From Gnetum montanum (lineage: Eukaryota > Plantae > Gnetophyta): a stretch of DNA of 64,000 bases. Numbering within the stretch: position 1 is the first letter of the stretch; the number at the start of each line of letters is the position of its first letter. Below the pieces are notes generated by a model that did not search any database, was not told the DNA's origin, and was given only the letters and a program-made list of their open reading frames with translations. Position numbers and translations under genes: made by a program. Positions 25,035 to 37,710 of the stretch are shown here, in pieces. The stretch lies in the NCBI GenBank assembly GCA_015680685.1, contig MNCI01000627.1, positions 83,610 to 147,609 of the forward strand. Direction: 5' to 3'.

Positions 25035-25530
25035 TTTGACTATAAAAGAATACCAATTAAATTGAAGGGGAAATTTTACAGAATAGCAATTAGGCTTGCT
25101 ATTTTATATGGTGTTGAACGTTGGGCACTACAAAAGAGGCATGAACAACAAATTAGTGTGGCAGAAGTGCAAATGGTTTGATGGATGTTGAATATATTTA
25201 GAAGAGATAAACTACATGATACAAACTTTAAAGGAAAACTTGGAGTGGCTTCTATTTCAGAGAAGCTACAAGAATGGTGACCTAGATGGTTTGGACATGC
25301 ATAAAGAAGATCAGATAATTAGCCTGTAAATAAAGGTTGCTACATCACTGTTCAAGGAAAGCTTCCGAAAAGAATATAGAAAAAAACATGAGAAAAAGAT
25401 GATTTGAAGAAACTACAAATAAACAAAGATCTAGCCCTTTATAGATACTAATGATGAAAAAGAACTCATGTAGCTAACCCCATTTTGTTATGACAAAGCT
25501 AGAAGGATGATAATCATAATAATAATTTGA
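25035..25530 (+). mobile_element. 5'-truncated RTE-clade LINE (3' end)
   Basis: Translates to RIPIKLKGKFYRIAIRLAILYGVERW...RWFGH...RTHVANP, typical of the plant RTE ORF C-terminus; ends in a (GAT/AAT)n-like tail. Confidence 0.8.
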
Positions 25531-26635
25531 CTGTAATACAAAGATGTCAAGCTTTAATAATGTATATTAGAAAAATAAGCTGGCTTGCAAAAAAAAAAAA
25601 AACCTTTCAAAAAGACTCGATAACGTTGGACCCATTGAACTGAAGTAAAATGTCATCAAGTAAATTTGACATGAAAGAATGCAGATAAGATTGTAACATG
25701 TCTAATCATGATTTTATACTTTTAACCTGGTAAGAAGGCAGGATCCTAAAGTAACGTTCCTTGTGAATAGTTTTGAACCGAAAGTTTTAAAAAAGACAAA
25801 CTTATAAAGCAATTGTAAATGTGCACTGACAGAATGGGAGATCAATTGGCATTCCGCCTTCTAAAGCTCAAATAAACCTTCCATGATAGTTGGCCTACAA
25901 ATTGAGGTGAGGTGCGGATATGCTTTGTACCCATGTTTATTCATGCTGTCAGCATGTAGTTCAATGAAACTTGTCTTCCCCGTATCCATACAGAGAATAA
26001 AGTAGAGAACGTACCCGTACTGAAGTTTTTAAGAACTTAAAGGTAATAAAAAGTTATATCCAAGAAGGAAAGAAGTAGAACATTTGGACAGGTCTTTCCC
26101 AAGTAGTGAACAAGCTGTATATACAGTGTTTGTTTTTTTATTTGGAATCCTTTCCATTGGACTCGGCTGGAAAATGGAAAGACCATCCCAGGCAAAATTG
26201 CAGAAAATAAAACATTCTGATTCCGATAAGACCGGCCAAAGAGAGAAAGGCTAACGGAATATATACATGCCAATGAATTACAATTGTGGTGTGTGTGAGT
26301 GAGATAGAGAGGAATGATGCATAGCAGATGGGACATGGATCTTATCTGGAAGGAGCATCTGCGATCTCCAAAAAAGAGGAGGCCAGAGAGGGAGATGAAG
26401 ATCACAGTCACAGTCAGAGAAAAAGCCTAAAAAGCCCCCAAACCACGGCAAAAGGGGAAATAAAAAGACATAACATCTGGCTATGCCAACAAACAGACAA
26501 TGCCAAGAAGTAGTAGAATTTATACAGGTAGTTCATTGTATACATAGGAGGCTGAGGCTGGTTGGCTACTAATCTTATCATCAGAAATTCCCCTCACTTT
26601 GCAAGATGAGCATTTAGATTTCGAGTAATGATCCT

Positions 26636-28798
26636 TTAGAACTCCCTCGGGTCCACAAAGATGGAGGTCCCAGGTGGGCTCTGAGTCCAGTCCTCCTCCT
26701 GTTGTTGTTGTGGGTCATCCTGAGTGGAGATGAGTTTTTTGATGCACCAGAGATCTTCAGTGCAGGAGAAACAGTGCCAGTGAGGAATGGTCTGCCTGAG
26801 TGGGTCACATGCCCCAAGCTCTGTGGCAATCACAGCACAGTTGCCATCCCTCCTTGCCATGTTGTGGATGGAGCTCCACAGGCACAGAGCCATGTCAGCC
26901 CCTCGTGGCCCTTCACTGTACACACCATACACAAAGTAGAGCCCAAATGGCCTGAACACATTTGGGATTGAAGGGATGCTCAGCCATGGCAGGGCTCTGT
27001 CAAGAGCCCTACTCATGGCTGCATAAAACCTTGTGGCCACTGACACACCTTTCACCTTCATCTTGAACACTTGACTACAGTTCCACACACTGGCCACTGC
27101 CCAAGACCTGGACCTGGACCTGAACCTGGTTTTGCTGCTGTTGCTTTCAGATTCAGATTCTTCTGCTTCATCATCATCATCATCACTGGTCATGCTCATG
27201 ATGGATTGAACTTGTGCTGCTTCTTCATCATCTTCCATGGCCACAAATGTGCCCAGGGATAGTGGGTTCCCCAGCACTGCCTCAATGTCTGCAGGGAAGA
27301 ATTCCACAGTGCCAAAGCAGGTTCTGTACAGAGCTGTGGCCTCAGGGATGCTCAGCTTGTGGATCTGGACTGGGTTCTGGTTTGCTGCTGCTGATCTGGG
27401 CTTTGATTTTGAGGCTACTGCCGCTGGTTTGGAGTGCTGGTGCACTGGATGCACAAGAATGGCTGGAGTCCTGAACTTGCAGAAGTTTCTCTTATCCACG
27501 AACAGGCTTATGCATGCCTCATTTTCCTTCTCTGTGGCCATGTACACGTACTCTGCTCCCTTTTCCATTGCCCACTTCTCTGCTTCCTCAACCAATTTCA
27601 ATCCTATTCCCTTCCTCCTGCAGTTAGTTCATGAATTCAGCTGCCATCCCATTAGTCATACTCAAGAGTTTATAAGGCTTGTAATCGTGATTGAACCAAA
27701 CACGAATATATGTATACATATATATATATATATATCCCTATCGGATATCGTAGTCATCAGCTAAATTTAATTTTCCCAAAATCTAATATCAACCCAAAAT
27801 CATGGCAATTGGATTCCATTCAAGAAAAGATTGTCTAACCAAAAATTTGTGTACCTGTGGTTGGGTGATACTCTGAGGCCCAGAATATAAGCTGTCTTGG
27901 CAAAAAGAGGCTCTGATTCTAATCCCTGCGACTTGCTGTTAGTTCCTCTTACTACAGTCTTGATGGAGACCCTTATAAGCCCCACCATCTCCTTCTCAGG
28001 CCCATACTCTGCAACCTGCCATACATTTGATGCAAATTCAAGTTAAAATTCCATAACCACGTGGAATCACTTCAGAAACCCAAATATCCAATGGATAAGA
28101 ACCAGTCAATGAATCAGTGGACTTCAACCTCTTTAAGAGAATGTGTGGATCATGGGTGGGTGGTAAACTTTCAACTTTGTAAAACAATGAAAGAGATAAA
28201 GAATCACAAATTGCTTCTCAATTAATCCAGGGAAGAACAAGTAACCGAATTATTAAACTTGGAGGTTAACAAAATAATAAACAGATGGATTGGCAAACTA
28301 GATAAAAAATGAAAACACAATTACGGATGAATCAAAAATGGACGGTCAAATCCAAGGAGGAAGTTGCAGCCTTGCCGGATTACGATGAACCAATTAGCTA
28401 GTAAACCTGCAGCTTAGCAGCTAGTAGTTAGCAAACCTCTTTAGCTTTTGCAGGTGGATATCAGTGGATAGCAAAGAAGTAAAGCAAGAATGAAGTCATG
28501 AACTGACACAAAAATCATATCCAAACTACAGACAGACACTTATTATTATTATTAGCTTGTCATAGACGCAGCAGCAGCAGCAGATAGATAGATAGAAACT
28601 CACAAGCATTATGAACAGTGGAGAATGACGAATCCTGCAGAGTGGGTCTCCTTGTAAATCAGTGTAAAGTGCCACACTACCACTAGGTCCAACCTCACAC
28701 CGTCTTTCCATCTCTTCTGCTCTCTGGGCATCCCTCTCCATCATGAATTCCCTAACCTCAATCATCATCTTCTTCTTCTGCTTCTGCTGTCCTTCCAT
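26636..28798 (-). CDS. HLS1: HOOKLESS1-like GNAT N-acetyltransferase (3 exons, 445 aa)
   Basis: Exons 28798-28604, 28015-27855 and 27617-26636 with canonical GT-AG introns join in frame (1338 nt). Motifs CEVGPSG, GDPLCRIRHSP, AYILGLRVSPNHRRKGIGLKLV (acetyl-CoA motif), YMATEKEN and C-terminal FVDPREF are characteristic of the HLS1 family. Orthology versus paralogy is not established. Confidence 0.93.
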
Positions 28799-28970
28799 GT
28801 ACTACAACTACACCAGTCAGTCACTCAGTATCTAGCTTTCTATAATCAGTCTATCTATCTATCTATCTATTCTTTCTTCCTATGTTTCTGCAGTAAGTAA
28901 TGATAATGATGAACAAAAACTGAAGTTGCTGCTGCTCTTGCTGATGAATATTGGTCATGACAAGGCCTGA

Positions 28971-29056
28971 TTATATAGGTGATGAAGCATGGTAAAAGAC
29001 ACAGATAATAGGCTTAAGAAGAGGTGGTGGTGAGGTGGGGAGACAAAGGGGAGACA
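28971..29056 (-). promoter_or_regulatory. Core promoter of the HLS1-like gene: TATA box plus DR5-type auxin response element
   Basis: CCTATATAA at 28979-28971; TGTCTC-CCCTT-TGTCTC at 29056-29040. Confidence 0.6.
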
Positions 29057-29623
29057 GAATAATCATAAAAAATGCAGAGAGTATCGATAAGCTTCACACT
29101 TTGCACGCCACTAAATCATAGGAAATGTGAATATGCAAAATGCAACATACACAACAGCAGCAGCAGCAGTAGACGAGCAGGAAGTTTCGCCTACTTTCGG
29201 AGGAATATGAGGCGTAGCTTGTGCTTTTACGATATTTATTTTTAGCACAAACAAAAACAGCGGCTGCAGCAGCAGCTGCTGCTGCAGTTGTTGTAGTCGT
29301 TGGTTAGCCCTGCCTCTGCTTTCTGCAAATCTCCAAAACTGACATAACCATCTTCAGAATGGCGGCTGTTTGTTTGTTCGCTTGTTTGATTATGATCAGA
29401 AACTTCGTACGAGAATGGCTAATGAGTGATCCATGATGAATTCATCTCTGGTAGGAGCTGTGATGCGGTGGGCGTGTTTTATTTTATTTTATTTTTTCTT
29501 ATCTGTGAATCTGAATTACAATACTAGTACTACTACAGATTATGATGATGATGATGATGAGCCACGGGAAAAAAGGGAGGATGTTGTGCCTGATTGATTT
29601 CTGTTCGCTTTCATCATATGCAG

Positions 29624-29635
29624 AAACACGTGTTT
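29624..29635. promoter_or_regulatory. G-box (CACGTG) within the palindrome AAACACGTGTTT, upstream of the HLS1-like gene
   Basis: Motif seen about 830 bp upstream of the ATG; a second G-box CCACGTGG lies in intron 1 (28057-28064). Short motifs can occur by chance. Confidence 0.35.
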
Positions 29636-32599
29636 GAGCACAATCTCTCCGCCATTATTGAATGTTCCATGGAATGAAATGAATGCCTAGCAGCCACAGA
29701 CGTTACTACTCAGTACTAACAGATTTAGGCTTTTTTGCTGGGTTTCCTTTAATCTTTTTGTTGGTGGCGACTTTTCAGTTTTTCTTTCTGGGTTCTCGGC
29801 AAATTTTGTGGGTTCTCTCTTCAGCTACTGCCGGGTCCTTTCCCTGGTTTTCATTGGGGTCTAATTCATATATTTTGTGCTGTGTTGGGTGGGGTTTGTT
29901 TATGTGTTGAGGGTACTGCTTGCTGAGAGACTGGTTGGGGTTTTTGTGGGGTTTTTCTTTATGCTTCGTGGGAATCTTGGTGCTGGTATTATTTTTATTC
30001 CAGTTGTGGGTTCTGTTTTAGAGCTTGTGGGGATTTTTTTTTTTATAATGGGGTTTTGTCCCGTGTTTGTGGGGTTTCTTTTTATTGACGTCCTTTTCAT
30101 GATTTTCAGCGTTAGAAGTGGTGTTTCACATCATGTCATGGCGATTCTGCTCCTCCCAACACACTTCATCTTTTCTTCTTTTTCCCCCTTTCCTTTCAGG
30201 ACGTGGGCCCTGGACAAACATTCATCGTTGAGAGTGTGGTGGTGGTCCATGTTTCTCAGGAAATAAAATAATTTTTTTTAAATTATTTTAAAAAACAGAA
30301 GAAAAATAATTGTAACAGAAGCAACTGTCACAAAGAAGGCATCTCACAAAAATCCATATGCTCACTCCCACTTTGTCCAATCCACTCACTCACTCACTTA
30401 CTTCCTTGCTGGATCATCTCATAATGCTGCATCTCAACTTGGTGGGAGATGTGAAATTTCAGGATCCAATTACAGGTCCTCAAAATGATTCTTCCTCCAG
30501 TGAATGCAAACATACAACATATAGTGGAGGAGCTGCATCTGTTTGTTGCTTTGTGAGTGAACAGATGCACAGTCCCACAATGATTAATACCTGCATGCTC
30601 AAGAATATAGTTTCTGTCCCAATATAATAGCAGAGGGACCCAACCCAAAAACCAGACAAACGGAATCTTAGGTTCCTCTTCTCTGCAACTATTCACCTCC
30701 TCCTCCTCTTTATCCTCTCGTTACAGACAAAGATCAAATTTAAAGACCCATCATCTTGTCACACAAACAGTAGCCAGCCATTAAACATTTTTTTATGCTT
30801 TGCATTTGAATAAACTTTGGACAGCCATCTGCAATTCTGCATTAGGGTCTCAAAATAATGCACAAGGCATTCATTAACGAAAAAGACAGAAAGACAGCCT
30901 CCTAACGCTCTAGAACACTGTGTGATTTATCATTTTTAAGATGGCAAAGACAGATGTCGCTGTACTGCGCATGGGAATTGCACTTACAAATCTAATTTTC
31001 TTAGAGTGGTGTGTGATCTCGTTGTTGGTTGACTGTTCCTCCATGGTAGACCAGTGCAGGCAATTTTTTTTTTTTTTAATGGCATGAACAAACATGTAAT
31101 GTAAATGGCAGAGGAGAGACAGAGTGTGTCTGGTTCTTCACTGACGCTCATGTCCAATGGCATTTTTCTGTTACTGCTGTTGCTGCTGCTTCCACCGAAC
31201 CTTTTGGATCTGCTCATGGAATTCCCTTTTCCTGTGCTACGGAATCCAAATCATTGGTGGATGATCCTATCAGAGCCAAGCAGCATTTGTCCTGTTGATC
31301 ATATTTTATGCACTTTGTTGGTAGGCTCTGTTTTCAACATGTGTGGTTCGGAGGCTTTACTATAAATTGGAAAAACGTCTCTCCACACACTTTCTCTCTC
31401 TGTGCATGGTTTCCATGAGAAGTTTCATGGAAAAACAGCAGCAATTCCTGGCTTAGTGTTTTGGCAGCCATCGCATGTTGTTTTGTGTTTTTTAAGTTTG
31501 GCAGTAGAAAGAGATATTCACAGAACCAGCAATTGGTTGAAGAAGTGAATCGAGATGGGTGATGAAGCTGTAATCCAGCTTTCAATAAAAAGGAGGATTC
31601 ACACTGATCTTCTTTGCCATGCAAGCCAATCTTGGTTATGGCTGTCTAATCCCACTTGAAATGCTGCTTTTGCTTTTGCAAAACTAATATGCCCAACTCT
31701 GTTTCATTTTTTAAACAGAAGGGACATCTGTTTTAATTAATTAATTAATAGTTTAATGCAAAAACATGGGCTTTACAGACCAATGCTTAACAGTACCTTC
31801 CCAAAGCTTTCTTTGCCTAACACCACCTTCCCAGAGATTTCTTTTGCTTGGGTCGGTTGGCATCTATATATTTGTTTATTTCCCAATTGTTGTAAAGCAT
31901 GATCATGACTTAAGATATGCCAAGATTATTCAGATGGAACAAGTTGCAAGCTCTGGAAAAAGTATGAATAGTGGACAGTCCATGCATTAAAGTTCAGTAT
32001 TTGATGCTAGACAGCATCAGGTTTGAAAGATTTTTGCAGTGTTGCTTACGTATGTAAATAAGAGGTGATAAAGACAGTTGAGTGGAATGCGAATTTTACT
32101 TAGCCAAATAGTTGAGTCAAATGCTTTGAACTGCAAACTTAAATTTATCTTGCATTAGAGAAACGTGGGTGGAGTCCTGTGGTTTTGGTGTTAAGGCTTG
32201 GAAGCTTACAAATTGTTTGTAATATAAGGCTGCCATTTTCCGGTGAATGAATTTGAATAAACATAAAATATGCTACTCAAAACAATCTAGAGCAATGATC
32301 AACGGACAAATAAAAGCTATCGAATAAGTTACATGTAAAAATAAATAAATGGGAAGGGTTACTGGTATAAAAAGTCATATAAAAGAACTTAAATTTACCG
32401 GTCCAAGTAATCTTAGGAAAGAAATGGTATATCAAGAAAAGAGTTATGCAAAAGACAAAAAGAAAGATCTAAACAATTATAAATTAATGATAATCAAGAA
32501 TATTTTTGCCAAGCTTTTAGGCACTACTCTATATTTTACATTTGAAAGATAAGCTGAAGAAAATAAGATACTTATATTTTTTAAATAGGATTTGGGTGG

Positions 32600-33440
32600 C
32601 AACATTCTTAGATAGACCATCTAATCACTTTAAAATATCTTATTGATAACCTTATTGATAAAGCAAAAGGTCCATATAAGAAAACATTTAATTGCTTAGT
32701 AGATTTCTCTAAGGCATTTGATTTCGTCATATGTAGCAAGTTATAGAGGTGCTTGATATATTTAGAAGTTCTAGCACACTAGTATCTACCATCAAAATCT
32801 TTACAAAGAGGTATGCTTTCAATTTGGGCAAGAAAGAATTTTATTTAATAGTTTTATCAGTGTAAAAGAAGGATGTTCTCTTTTTTCTACTTTTTTTGGG
32901 TTCTTCTATTGATGAGCCTAAAAAGTGGATTCATAAAATACTAATTCAATTTGCAATTACAATTGGAAATAGTCCTATTAGACTCTTTAAGCTAATGATT
33001 GTGTTTTAATTTCAAATTCAATGAAAGATTGCAACAAATGCTTAATACTCTTGATAACTTTTCTTAGCATTCAATAATGAACGTTAGTGTCCACTTTGTA
33101 GCACATGTCATAAAATATACAATTTTATTATAGGAAATGAACATGTGCACATAACCTCCTCTTATAAATATCTTAGCTTAGAATGCTCATCCAATGATAA
33201 ATAGAATCAATATATTACTCAAAGAGCTATAAGTAGTATGAAAGCCTTAACAAGGAATCTATTTTGGCTTGGGATATTAAAAAAGAACTATATCATATCA
33301 TTGTTTAACCAACTATTTTTTATAGATGTGTCGAATAGGGTCTCGGTTTAGCAAATAAATATAAGAAATTTAGAAACCTTTTCTACTTGATGAATTCATA
33401 GTGAAGAGACAAACACAATTTAATATTATGCTTCTTTAAG
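32600..33440 (+). mobile_element. Decayed LINE reverse transcriptase fragment
   Basis: VDFSKAFDFV (~32699-32728) and VKEGCSL (~32862-32882) resemble the non-LTR RT motifs DFxKAFD and GVxQGCPLS; boundaries approximate. Confidence 0.65.
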
Positions 33441-33453
33441 GAAAGATGATGCC

Positions 33454-34337
33454 TAATGAGCGATGGAGCAATCCAACACCCAACCATAGAAGTCACAAGT
33501 GTCCATGCATAACCTGATCATAATCCATGGATGAGGCAATGTGAACATGCTAATAATTAGTTTTAAGTCCATGACCATTGTCTTCCCACATGGAGCTAGT
33601 GAAGTCTATGTGTATGGTTTAGCTCACCGTGAAGTATATGATATCTGATGTTGACTAGCCATTATGACTGAAAATGGAAATAATTTCTAAGTCTAAGTAA
33701 AACAAGTAACAAGTCTATCCTAGCCTAAGGTGATGGATATCCGATCCTAATTTTTCGTACATGTCTTAGGCTTATGTAATTGTTACTGGGATTACCAAGT
33801 ACCTCACTATTAGATGAACCAAGCGATAATACTACTGGGTTGCCAAATGATCACACTTTACACTCAAAATCAATCATATCAATTCCGCATACTAACAACA
33901 ATAAAAGTAAAATGTACTTTGGAAAAGTAAAACATTAAGCTAGAAAACATGAAATATTATTCTAAGTAAAACAAAAAAACTAAAAGAATGTTGCAATAGC
34001 ATGAAATAGCTCGATCTTTATTGTCGGTGACACTTGTGCCCAAGTACAAGATGTTCAAATAAAGACTCCATTCACTAAGTCACACTCCACTATGGGCATT
34101 CACACTTCTAATTGCTAAGTCTAAGTGAACAAAACGAAACTGCAAGAGTTCTACTATTAGTGAAATGAAATTTATGCAAATTCGTGCACCCAAGTGTCAT
34201 ATTTATAGGGCTACACACATCCTAAAATATCATATCAACAATGACGTAGCATGTGCTATATGATATTGAATTTACAACATCGTTGATGCGATATCGTTGT
34301 TATGATATCATTTGTGGACAAAAAATTGAATTTATCA
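33454..34337 (-). mobile_element. Solo LTR of the element C family
   Basis: Homologous along its length to 23204-24110; flanked by 5-bp TSD ATGCC (33449-33453, 34338-34342); no PBS or PPT. Confidence 0.9.
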
Positions 34338-35003
34338 ATGCCCTTAGAAATTAAAGTTATTTGGTAGTTTCTAGCCTACACTTATAATTTTTCTTAATTC
34401 TCATTAATAAATACTTCANNNNNNNNNNNNNNNNNNNNNNNNNNNNNNNNNNNNNNNNNNNNNNNNNNNNNNNNNNNNNNNNNNNNNNNNNNNNNNNNNN
34501 NNNNNNNNNNNNNNNNNNNNNNNNNNNNNNNNNNNNNNNNNNNNNNNNNNNNNNNNNNNNNNNNNNNNNNNNNNNNNNNNNNNNNNNNNNNNNNNNNNNN
34601 NNNNNNNNNNNNNNNNNNNNNNNNNNNNNNNNNNNNNNNNNNNNNNNNNNNNNNNNNNNNNNNNNNNNNNNNNNNNNNNNNNNNNNNNNNNNNNNNNNNN
34701 NNNNNNNNNNNNNNNNNNNNNNNNNNNNNNNNNNNNNNNNNNNNNNNNNNNNNNNNNNNNNNNNNNNNNNNNNNNNNNNNNNNNNNNNNNNNNNNNNNNN
34801 NNNNNNNNNNNNNNNNNNNNNNNNNNNNNNNNNNNNNNNNNNNNNNNNNNNNNNNNNNNNNNNNNNNNNNNNNNNNNNNNNNNNNNNNNNNNNNNNNNNN
34901 NNNNNNNNNNNNNNNNNNNNNNNNNNNNNNNNNNNNNNNNNNNNNNNNNNNNNNNNNNNNNNNNNNNNNNNNNNNNNNNNNNNNNNNNNNNNNNNNNNNN
35001 NNN

Positions 35004-35132
35004 AAGACAACGAATGATTAACCCCAAGTGTTTCTTGTGGTGTTAAGGCATTTAGTCTGCGGAGTTCGACTGGATCGTGCGTGCACGCTCGTATTTGTAT
35101 GGTGGAGTGTAGGGGTACCTCGCCACTCATCA
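35004..35132 (+). repeat. 3' end of an Athila-like LTR emerging from the assembly gap
   Basis: Ends GTAGGGGTACCTCGCCACTCATCA like the LTRs of A and B; no PBS follows; the remainder is hidden in N gap 34419-35003. Confidence 0.8.
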
Positions 35133-35727
35133 AAATCTTTCACATGTTCTTATATTAATATTGATAACACTAGATTAATTTTTATATGTAACAAGACTTT
35201 GTAGCATATGCATGGGCTATGTCCTTTTAACAACTCCAATGTTAGCAAAAGAGATTTGTCCTTCTTCCTTGTTAAACTTGTCTTGCATACTTTAAGCTTT
35301 GTAAAATTTTTAATTTTTTATACCACCTTAAAAGAATCGTAACATAAACAATAGCTTATAGGCACATCTTGAACACTACAGTAGGTGACTCAAGGGGTTA
35401 GCTCATTGGTTGTTATCTATTAAGTTATAAGTTTGAGTGATACTTAAGGCATTGTTGATGTACTTATAGTCTAGGCATTGGACCCAAAAAATTCTTTTAA
35501 TGATATTTCCCCCAAGACAAATAGTCTAATTAGAACTTTATAACTCAATATTACCCACCAAAATCAAACCTATAACATGAAGTTTCCAAACTAAGAGCCA
35601 TACTTAAGGTATCATTGGTGTACTTATAGTCATTTTTTTGAATTAAACACCTAATTAGAGTATGAGCTTGTGATTCCACAAGTTATGGGTTTGATCCCAT
35701 AGGTGTATTTAAGACATATACCTTCTT

Positions 35728-36088
35728 AATGAGGTATTTAGCCTAATGATAAGGCACTTAATTTGGAAGCTTCAAATTATGGATTTGATTTTAGTAGACA
35801 ATGTTGACTTATATAGTTCTAATTAACTTTATGTCTTGGGGGTAAATATCTTTAGTGTTAATACTTTTAATTTGGTAACTCCAAGTTATAAGTTTAATTT
35901 TAGTGGACAATACTATGCCTTGGGGGTAAATATCCTTAGTATTAATACTCTTGTTTTGGTAACTCCAAGTTATGGGTTTGATTTTGGTAGGCAATACTAA
36001 GTTATAATGTTCTAATTTACTTGTATGTCTTAGGCATAAATATTGGTAAAAAGTAATAATTTATCTCTTAGTGTGTAACCATATTACA
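35728..36088 (+). mobile_element. tRNA-derived SINE-like repeat with internal ~87-bp tandem duplications
   Basis: Shares the head AATGAGGT..TAGCCTA, the body and the tail ...TATTACA with 46149-46277. Confidence 0.5.
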
Positions 36089-36122
36089 ATTTGTTTGGGT
36101 TCCACCCTCCCAACACACACCT

Positions 36123-36657
36123 CCTAGCTTTATCCCAACAAAATGTGGTCAACTACATGAGTTCTTTTTCATCATTCACCTCTATGAAGAGCTAGATCTT
36201 TATTTATTTGTCGTTTATTTACATCATCTTTGATTGTTTTTTTCCATGTCTTCTTTGCTCTTCCTTTTGGTAGCTTTCTTGGAACAATGATGTAGTAACC
36301 TTTTTTTAAGGCTCATTGTTTGATCTTCTTTGGACATGTCTAAACTATCTAAGCCACCATTCTTGTAGCTTATTTGAAATAGAAGCCACTCCAAGTCTTC
36401 CTCTAATGTCTATATTATGTAGCTTATCTCTTCTAGTAACATTCAACATCCATCTAAGCATTCACATTTTTACCACACTAGTTTGTTATTCATGCCTCTT
36501 TTGTATTGCCCAATATTCAACACCATATAAGATAGGAGGTCTAATTGTTGTCATGTAAAACTTCTCATTTAGTTTTATTGGTATCTTTTAATCATATAGA
36601 ACACCAGTAGCCTCTCTCCATTTTGTCCATCTTACCTCAATTCTATTTCTTATATCT
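36123..36657 (-). mobile_element. 5'-truncated RTE-clade LINE (3' end)
   Basis: Reverse-complement homolog of 25035-25530. Confidence 0.8.
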
Positions 36658-37399
36658 TTTGTTCTTCAAGCAAGCTATGGCCATAAATGATTCTAATAAC
36701 TACAAGCAACCTACAAAATACCTTATTGAAGAAGATCCTCTTGGCCAACTACCAAATGTAGATTAGTAATGCTAAATATTTTATCCATAATGCTTAGGAA
36801 AGCCTATAGGCATTGCTAAATAATTCTATACCTAACCCTCCAAGGGAGGCTATTGGTAATGGTAAATAATATTCCATTCATAAAAAATGATAACAAATGC
36901 TCCAAAAAACAACATCTATTGCACTTCTAACATTGGAGTCTAAGAATGGACTTGCCAACAAGAAATTCTCATTGTGTTTGTATCTTAATTCTATCCTATT
37001 CATTACCCCACAACATAGTAATTATTTAAAGTTAAACATGAGCAATTTGAAAGTTGTAATCATCTTTCTAGTTCTTCAAGCAAGCGATGGCCATAGAGGG
37101 TTCTAATAACTACAAGCAACCTACAAAATACCTTATTGAAAAAGAACCTCTTGGCCAAATTATAGATATATATTATAAATATATAACTAAGCTAGTAGTA
37201 ATATCTTGTTTAGTAGGTCATAGGTAGAGGTTGTCATATCAACCCTAATGTCTATTTGCCCCTCAAAAAAATAATAGTAATTGGTATCATAATTTCATGA
37301 TCAATCCAAAATGATGTTAGCATAATCAAACGTTAAAATCAATTATACATAGTTCCTTAACATCATTACAATATTCTTTCATTATTTTTATTCTTAATT

Positions 37400-37710
37400 T
37401 CATAATCATCATCATCCTAGTTATTCCAACTTTGGGTCCACTACATGAGCTCTCTTTCATCATTTGTCTCTATGTAGTGCTAGATCATTATTTATTTATA
37501 ATTTCTTTGTATCACATTTGATTTTTTTTTCTCTTACTTTTTTGGTCTATCTTTTAATGGCATTCCTAGAATAGTGATGTGGTCATCTTTCTTTTATAGG
37601 CTTATTATATTATCTTCTTTGCACATGACCAAACCAACTAAGATGCTATTTTTGTAGTTTATTTCAAATGAAAGCCACTCCATGCCTTCCCGTAATGTCT
37701 ATATTGTGCA
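37400..37710 (-). mobile_element. RTE-clade LINE 3' fragment
   Basis: Homologous to 36123-36420, with a (CAT)n tail at ~37405-37415. Confidence 0.75.

Noticed and set aside
26702-27764. Plus-strand ORFs overlapping the HLS1-like exon 3
   Set aside because: Antisense shadows of a real coding exon.
29877-30266. 129-aa hydrophobic ORF resembling a membrane protein
   Set aside because: Explained by G/T low-complexity composition; no recognisable motif or splice structure.
30300-31700. miRNA precursor or small gene (for example ORF 30984-31217)
   Set aside because: No conserved plant miRNA sequence or long hairpin recognised by eye, and the ORFs have no recognisable homology.
34357-35133. Long ORFs spanning N runs (also 9986-10633 and 10316-10624)
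   Set aside because: ORF length is an artefact of assembly gaps.
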